Shown piece after piece: positions 60,411-64,000 of a DNA stretch of 64,000 nucleotides. Location of the stretch: contig OY759353.1 in NCBI GenBank assembly GCA_963662315.1, positions 1,184,001-1,248,000 on the forward strand. Reading direction: 5' to 3'. The first letter of the stretch is position 1; each line of letters begins with the position of its first letter. Made by a program: the position numbers and the translations under genes. The notes below the pieces were generated by a model. That model was not told where the DNA came from. It made no database searches and saw nothing but the letters and a program-made list of their open reading frames with translations. Source of the DNA: Geopsychrobacteraceae bacterium. Lineage in GTDB: Bacteria; Desulfobacterota; Desulfuromonadia; Desulfuromonadales; Geopsychrobacteraceae.

Positions 60411-61706
60411 TTATCTTAGTGCCCGCTCAATATGTCTCAATGTGCGCTGTGTTGCCCCAGTATTTTCCGCAATCAGCGCACGACCAGCTTCTCCCATCGC
60501 TTTGCGGCGCACAGAATCGGAAAGCAGTTTAACAATCTGCTCTTCAAGTTCAGCAGCTGTCGAAACCATCAAACCACCACCGGCCCTGATAAGTTTTTTG
60601 GAAATTTCTTTAAAATTATGAATATGCGGTCCAAACAAGACCGGTTTGCTCATCAGCGAAGCTTCCAGCATATTATGTCCACCGACGGGAACAAAACTAC
60701 CCCCCACAAAAACCAGTTCAGCAATGCTGTAAAGAGATAATACTTCACCAAGAGTATCAACGACCAACACTTCAGTCGGAGAAAGGACGGACGTTTCAGC
60801 TGTCAATTCACTACGCAGTCGATAGGAGAATTCAGAATTCTTAAAAATACCAGGAATATCTTTTTTGCGCTCAGGATGGCGTGGGATTAAAACCAGAGAT
60901 ACATTAACACCATATTGACGACGAACGGCACTAAACGAGTCGAGAAGCAGCTGCTCTTCTCCGTCATGAGTACTGCCGGCAACGATAACCAGAGAATTTT
61001 TTGGTAAATGATACAAAGTCTTTGTCTGCTCTGCACGTTGCTCAGTAATGTCAATTACCGCATGATCAAATTTTAGGTTACCTGTATTTTCAACAAGTTG
61101 CCCTGGAGCACCTAGTGAAATAATCCTCTCCATATCAACCTGAGACTGCATGCAAAAAGAGGCAAAACTATCAAGAATCGGTTTCAGAAAAAAGCGGACT
61201 AAAAGATAGCGGGGATAAGAACGATCTGAAATGCGACCGTTGACCAACAGGATCGGAATATTGAGTTTTCGAGCTTGACGCGTAAAATTAGGCCAAATTT
61301 CGGTCTCAACAATAGCAATCAATTGCGGGGAGATCGCCTTCAACGCCCTTCTCGTCACCCAAGACAGATCAAAAGGAAAAAAGATACACAGATCAATATC
61401 CTTCAAATCCTGAGCAATAGCATGTCCAGTTTCCGTCACATTGCTCAAAACGATAACATGATCGGGATAGGAGCAACGTAATTGATGGACTAATGGAATA
61501 GCCGCCCGGGTTTCGCCAACAGAAACGGCATGAACCCAGATCACCTCCCTACCTCGCAATTTAGATAATTGTTCGGCAGTGAAATATCCTAACCGTTCAC
61601 GAATTCCACGACGACTCTTACCGTAACGCAAACCGCGTAGAAGGTAATAAGGCACCAGAAACAACGCAGAAAAGAGCAGGATGCCGTTATAAAGCAGATA
61701 GACCAT
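60411..61706 (-). CDS. waaA: 3-deoxy-D-manno-octulosonic acid (Kdo) transferase
   Basis: WVHAVSVGE, PFD, ETEIWPN, NGRIS, GNLKFD, GSTH, PRHPER, GGHN.LE. Confidence 0.95.
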   Translation of the reverse strand: MVYLLYNGILLFSALFLVPYYLLRGLRYGKSRRGIRERLGYFTAEQLSKLRGREVIWVHAVSVGETRAAIPLVHQLRCSYPDHVIVLSNVTETGHAIAQDLKDIDLCIFFPFDLSWVTRRALKAISPQLIAIVETEIWPNFTRQARKLNIPILLVNGRISDRSYPRYLLVRFFLKPILDSFASFCMQSQVDMERIISLGAPGQLVENTGNLKFDHAVIDITEQRAEQTKTLYHLPKNSLVIVAGSTHDGEEQLLLDSFSAVRRQYGVNVSLVLIPRHPERKKDIPGIFKNSEFSYRLRSELTAETSVLSPTEVLVVDTLGEVLSLYSIAELVFVGGSFVPVGGHNMLEASLMSKPVLFGPHIHNFKEISKKLIRAGGGLMVSTAAELEEQIVKLLSDSVRRKAMGEAGRALIAENTGATQRTLRHIERALR

Positions 61707-62373
61707 AAGACTCCAGTCTGGTCTTAGCCCGACTTTCATTGTTATGCATTGCAAAAATCAGGCGTTCTCGAAAGTCGTCGGCACCAGCTTCATCATCATA
61801 ATAAACCGGGGCTCCGTAGGAGAAAACACCGCGGGAGAACGGGTAAGGACAGACAAAGCGGTCCCATGATGCGAAGCGATGCCCGCGACTGCAGACGAAA
61901 GCCACTGGAACAACTCCACGACCACTCATTTTAGCCAACTGAATCACTCCATCCTTAAGTTCTCTACGCGGGCCTCGTGGCCCATCCGGAGTAATCGCAA
62001 TATCAACATTCTCCCTGCTAAGAGCAATCATCTCACGTAGCGCGGCCTTCCCTCCACGTGACGATGAACCCCGGACCGCACTATAACCAAAGCGCCCCAT
62101 AGCCCGGGCTAAAAGTTCACCATCCTTGGAACGGCTGATAAGAAGCTTGACTCCTGGCCCGAAGTAGCCTTTTGGCATCATCAATATCTGTTCATGCCAA
62201 CAGATTAACAGAAAGTTCCCCCCCTGGTCCCAGCCTTCCCTCACAGCCCTGTCTACGATAAAGTCAACGCGTAAAGATGCGTAAAGAAGACGGATAAGCG
62301 TCGCTGCAATCCGTGGCACCACTGCCAACACCACACGGGACAGATAATCTTTTTTAATCACGGAACTGGACAT
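61687..62373 (-). CDS. Lysophospholipid acyltransferase-like protein (DUF374)
   Basis: CWH, ISRSKDGE, RGSSSRGG, TPDGPRGP, SWDRF..P.PF. Confidence 0.85.
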   Translation of the reverse strand: MSSSVIKKDYLSRVVLAVVPRIAATLIRLLYASLRVDFIVDRAVREGWDQGGNFLLICWHEQILMMPKGYFGPGVKLLISRSKDGELLARAMGRFGYSAVRGSSSRGGKAALREMIALSRENVDIAITPDGPRGPRRELKDGVIQLAKMSGRGVVPVAFVCSRGHRFASWDRFVCPYPFSRGVFSYGAPVYYDDEAGADDFRERLIFAMHNNESRAKTRLESYGLSAL

Positions 62374-64000
62374 CGTATAGCCGCTTATAAGAACCATTTT
62401 TAGTCAACAGCTGTTTATGGGATCCTGACTCAACAATCCTGCCATGATCGAGCACTATGATGCGGTCAGCATGCATAATTGTAGACAGACGATGCGCAAT
62501 AACAAAAGTCGTACGATTTTTCATTAGATTCATCAGTGCATTCTGTACCATAGACTCGCTCTCGGTATCGAGCGCACTTGTTGCCTCATCCAGTAACAGT
62601 ATTGGCGCATCCCTCAGAATAGCTCGGGCAATACAGATGCGCTGCCTTTGGCCACCTGACAGGCGTACCCCTCTATCGCCGATAATCGTCTGATACTGCT
62701 CAGGCATAAGCTCAATAAATTCATCGGCAAAAGCCAGCCTGGCAGCCTCTCTCACCTGGTCATCAGTAACTTCCGTACAGCCGTAACAGATATTTGCATA
62801 AATAGTGTCATGAAACAAAAAAGTTTCCTGATCAACGAGAGCCAGATTGGCATGCAGACTTTCCAGACTAATTTCGGAAATATCGTGCCCATCTATTTTA
62901 ATACTGCCGCTCTGAGGTTCGAAAAAACGATTCAGCAGCCCGACAAAAGTACTTTTCCCAGCTCCACTGGCCCCTACGAGAGCAACCACCTCTCCGGGAT
63001 TGGCTCTTAACGTTATATTCTGCAGTACCGGTTCATTATCATAGGCGAAACTGACATCGGAAAATTCGACAGTCCCACGCACACGTGGCAAATCAACAGC
63101 ATTTACAAGATTATGGATTTCAACCTCAGTGTCGAGTAATTCAAATATGCGTTCAGCTGCGCCCATCGCCTTCTGCATACCGTTGTTGACCTTTACCAGC
63201 TTTTTAAGCGGACCATACATCATGACAGCTGCAACCATAATGGAAAACAGCTCCCCTTGAGTAATCTCACCGGCAACGACCCTTGAGAAACCATACCAGA
63301 GCGCGCCAGCAACCCCAAAGGACGTCAATATTTCCATCAATGGGGAAGTCGCTGCAGCGTAGCGGAAAGATTTTTTAAAATACAGATACAAAGACCAGTT
63401 TTCTTCTTTAAAATTATGAATTTCGATCTTTTCTGTGCCAAAAGCCTTAATAACCTTTATCCCGCTGATACTCTGCTGCAATCGGGATGACAGCGTCCCC
63501 ATGGCTTTCTGGCTATGTTTTGAATATTTCTTGATTTTCCGACCGATTGAAGCGGCTGGACCAACAGCTGCTGGCACAACGATAAAGGTGACGAGAGCCA
63601 TTTTCCAATCAGTGATAAACGCGTAAATGATTAAACCAAACATGGTCAACCCCTCACGAATTAAATCAATGATATTATTGGAAATAGCCGTTTGAACAAC
63701 ATTGATATCACTGAGGATGCGTGACATCAGGGTACCGGTTTGCTGTTTGGAATAATAGCGCATTGAGAGCTGCATCAAATGCTCAAAAGATTTATTCCGA
63801 ATATCTTGAACTGCTAATTGCCCGGCATTTTTTATGTAGTATTCCTGAGCATAACGTGCCAAGCCCTTAATGATATACAGCAGAATGACGCCAATCGGCA
63901 GGAGCTGCATAAGCAGCTGATCCCCTTCCTTGATTAATTTATCAACGAAAGGCTTGGTCAGGTATGCGATAACAACGTCACTGCCGGATACGATTAAAGA
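62354..64000 (-). CDS. msbA: Lipid A export ABC transporter permease/ATPase (5' end beyond window)
   Basis: ABC TM domain plus GASGAGKST, LSGGQRQR, LDEATSALD, IAHRLST; context with waaA and lpxK; frame open to the window end. Confidence 0.88.
   Translation of the reverse strand, partial: SLIVSGSDVVIAYLTKPFVDKLIKEGDQLLMQLLPIGVILLYIIKGLARYAQEYYIKNAGQLAVQDIRNKSFEHLMQLSMRYYSKQQTGTLMSRILSDINVVQTAISNNIIDLIREGLTMFGLIIYAFITDWKMALVTFIVVPAAVGPAASIGRKIKKYSKHSQKAMGTLSSRLQQSISGIKVIKAFGTEKIEIHNFKEENWSLYLYFKKSFRYAAATSPLMEILTSFGVAGALWYGFSRVVAGEITQGELFSIMVAAVMMYGPLKKLVKVNNGMQKAMGAAERIFELLDTEVEIHNLVNAVDLPRVRGTVEFSDVSFAYDNEPVLQNITLRANPGEVVALVGASGAGKSTFVGLLNRFFEPQSGSIKIDGHDISEISLESLHANLALVDQETFLFHDTIYANICYGCTEVTDDQVREAARLAFADEFIELMPEQYQTIIGDRGVRLSGGQRQRICIARAILRDAPILLLDEATSALDTESESMVQNALMNLMKNRTTFVIAHRLSTIMHADRIIVLDHGRIVESGSHKQLLTKNGSYKRLYDVQFRD

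Noticed and set aside
1..64000. Numerous short ORFs overlapping long genes in the six-frame track; tRNA, rRNA, IS or prophage features
   Set aside because: Overlapping ORFs are shadow frames of well-supported genes; no cloverleaf, rRNA, transposase, integrase or phage gene was recognised

Overview
Bacterial chromosomal window, most likely from a deltaproteobacterium of the Desulfuromonadales/Geobacter type (inferred from gene content: ptsP, pyc, hydrogenase-like sigma54 activator, msbA-DUF374-waaA-lpxK-Trm112 order). It has three blocks. (1) 1-18.8 kb, housekeeping and regulatory genes: aminotransferase, PHP protein, opp/dpp ATPases, a [FeFe]-hydrogenase-like sigma54 enhancer-binding protein, ptsP, pyc, a sigma54 response regulator, typA and an aroK-aroB fusion. 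(2) 18.9-48.9 kb, an accessory catabolic region: IclR and GntR regulators, three TRAP transporters, two DapA-family aldolases, a Gfo/Idh dehydrogenase, two TIM-barrel proteins, an acylating aldehyde dehydrogenase, a ThDP enzyme, a fucose-isomerase-like protein, an FGGY kinase, a cupin and further transporters. (3) 49.2-64 kb, an LPS/lipid A-core locus. No rRNA, tRNA, CRISPR array or transposase was recognised. Highlights: an unannotated ~97-nt sigma54-dependent small RNA candidate right after the hydrogenase-like activator, with TGGCACA repeat/palindrome enhancer sites; a five-copy 17-bp palindromic operator that unites scattered catabolic operons into one putative IclR regulon resembling an inositol-type ring-cleavage pathway; and a GntR operon whose enzymes fit Kdo catabolism. 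All family calls come from motif recognition by eye, not database searches.
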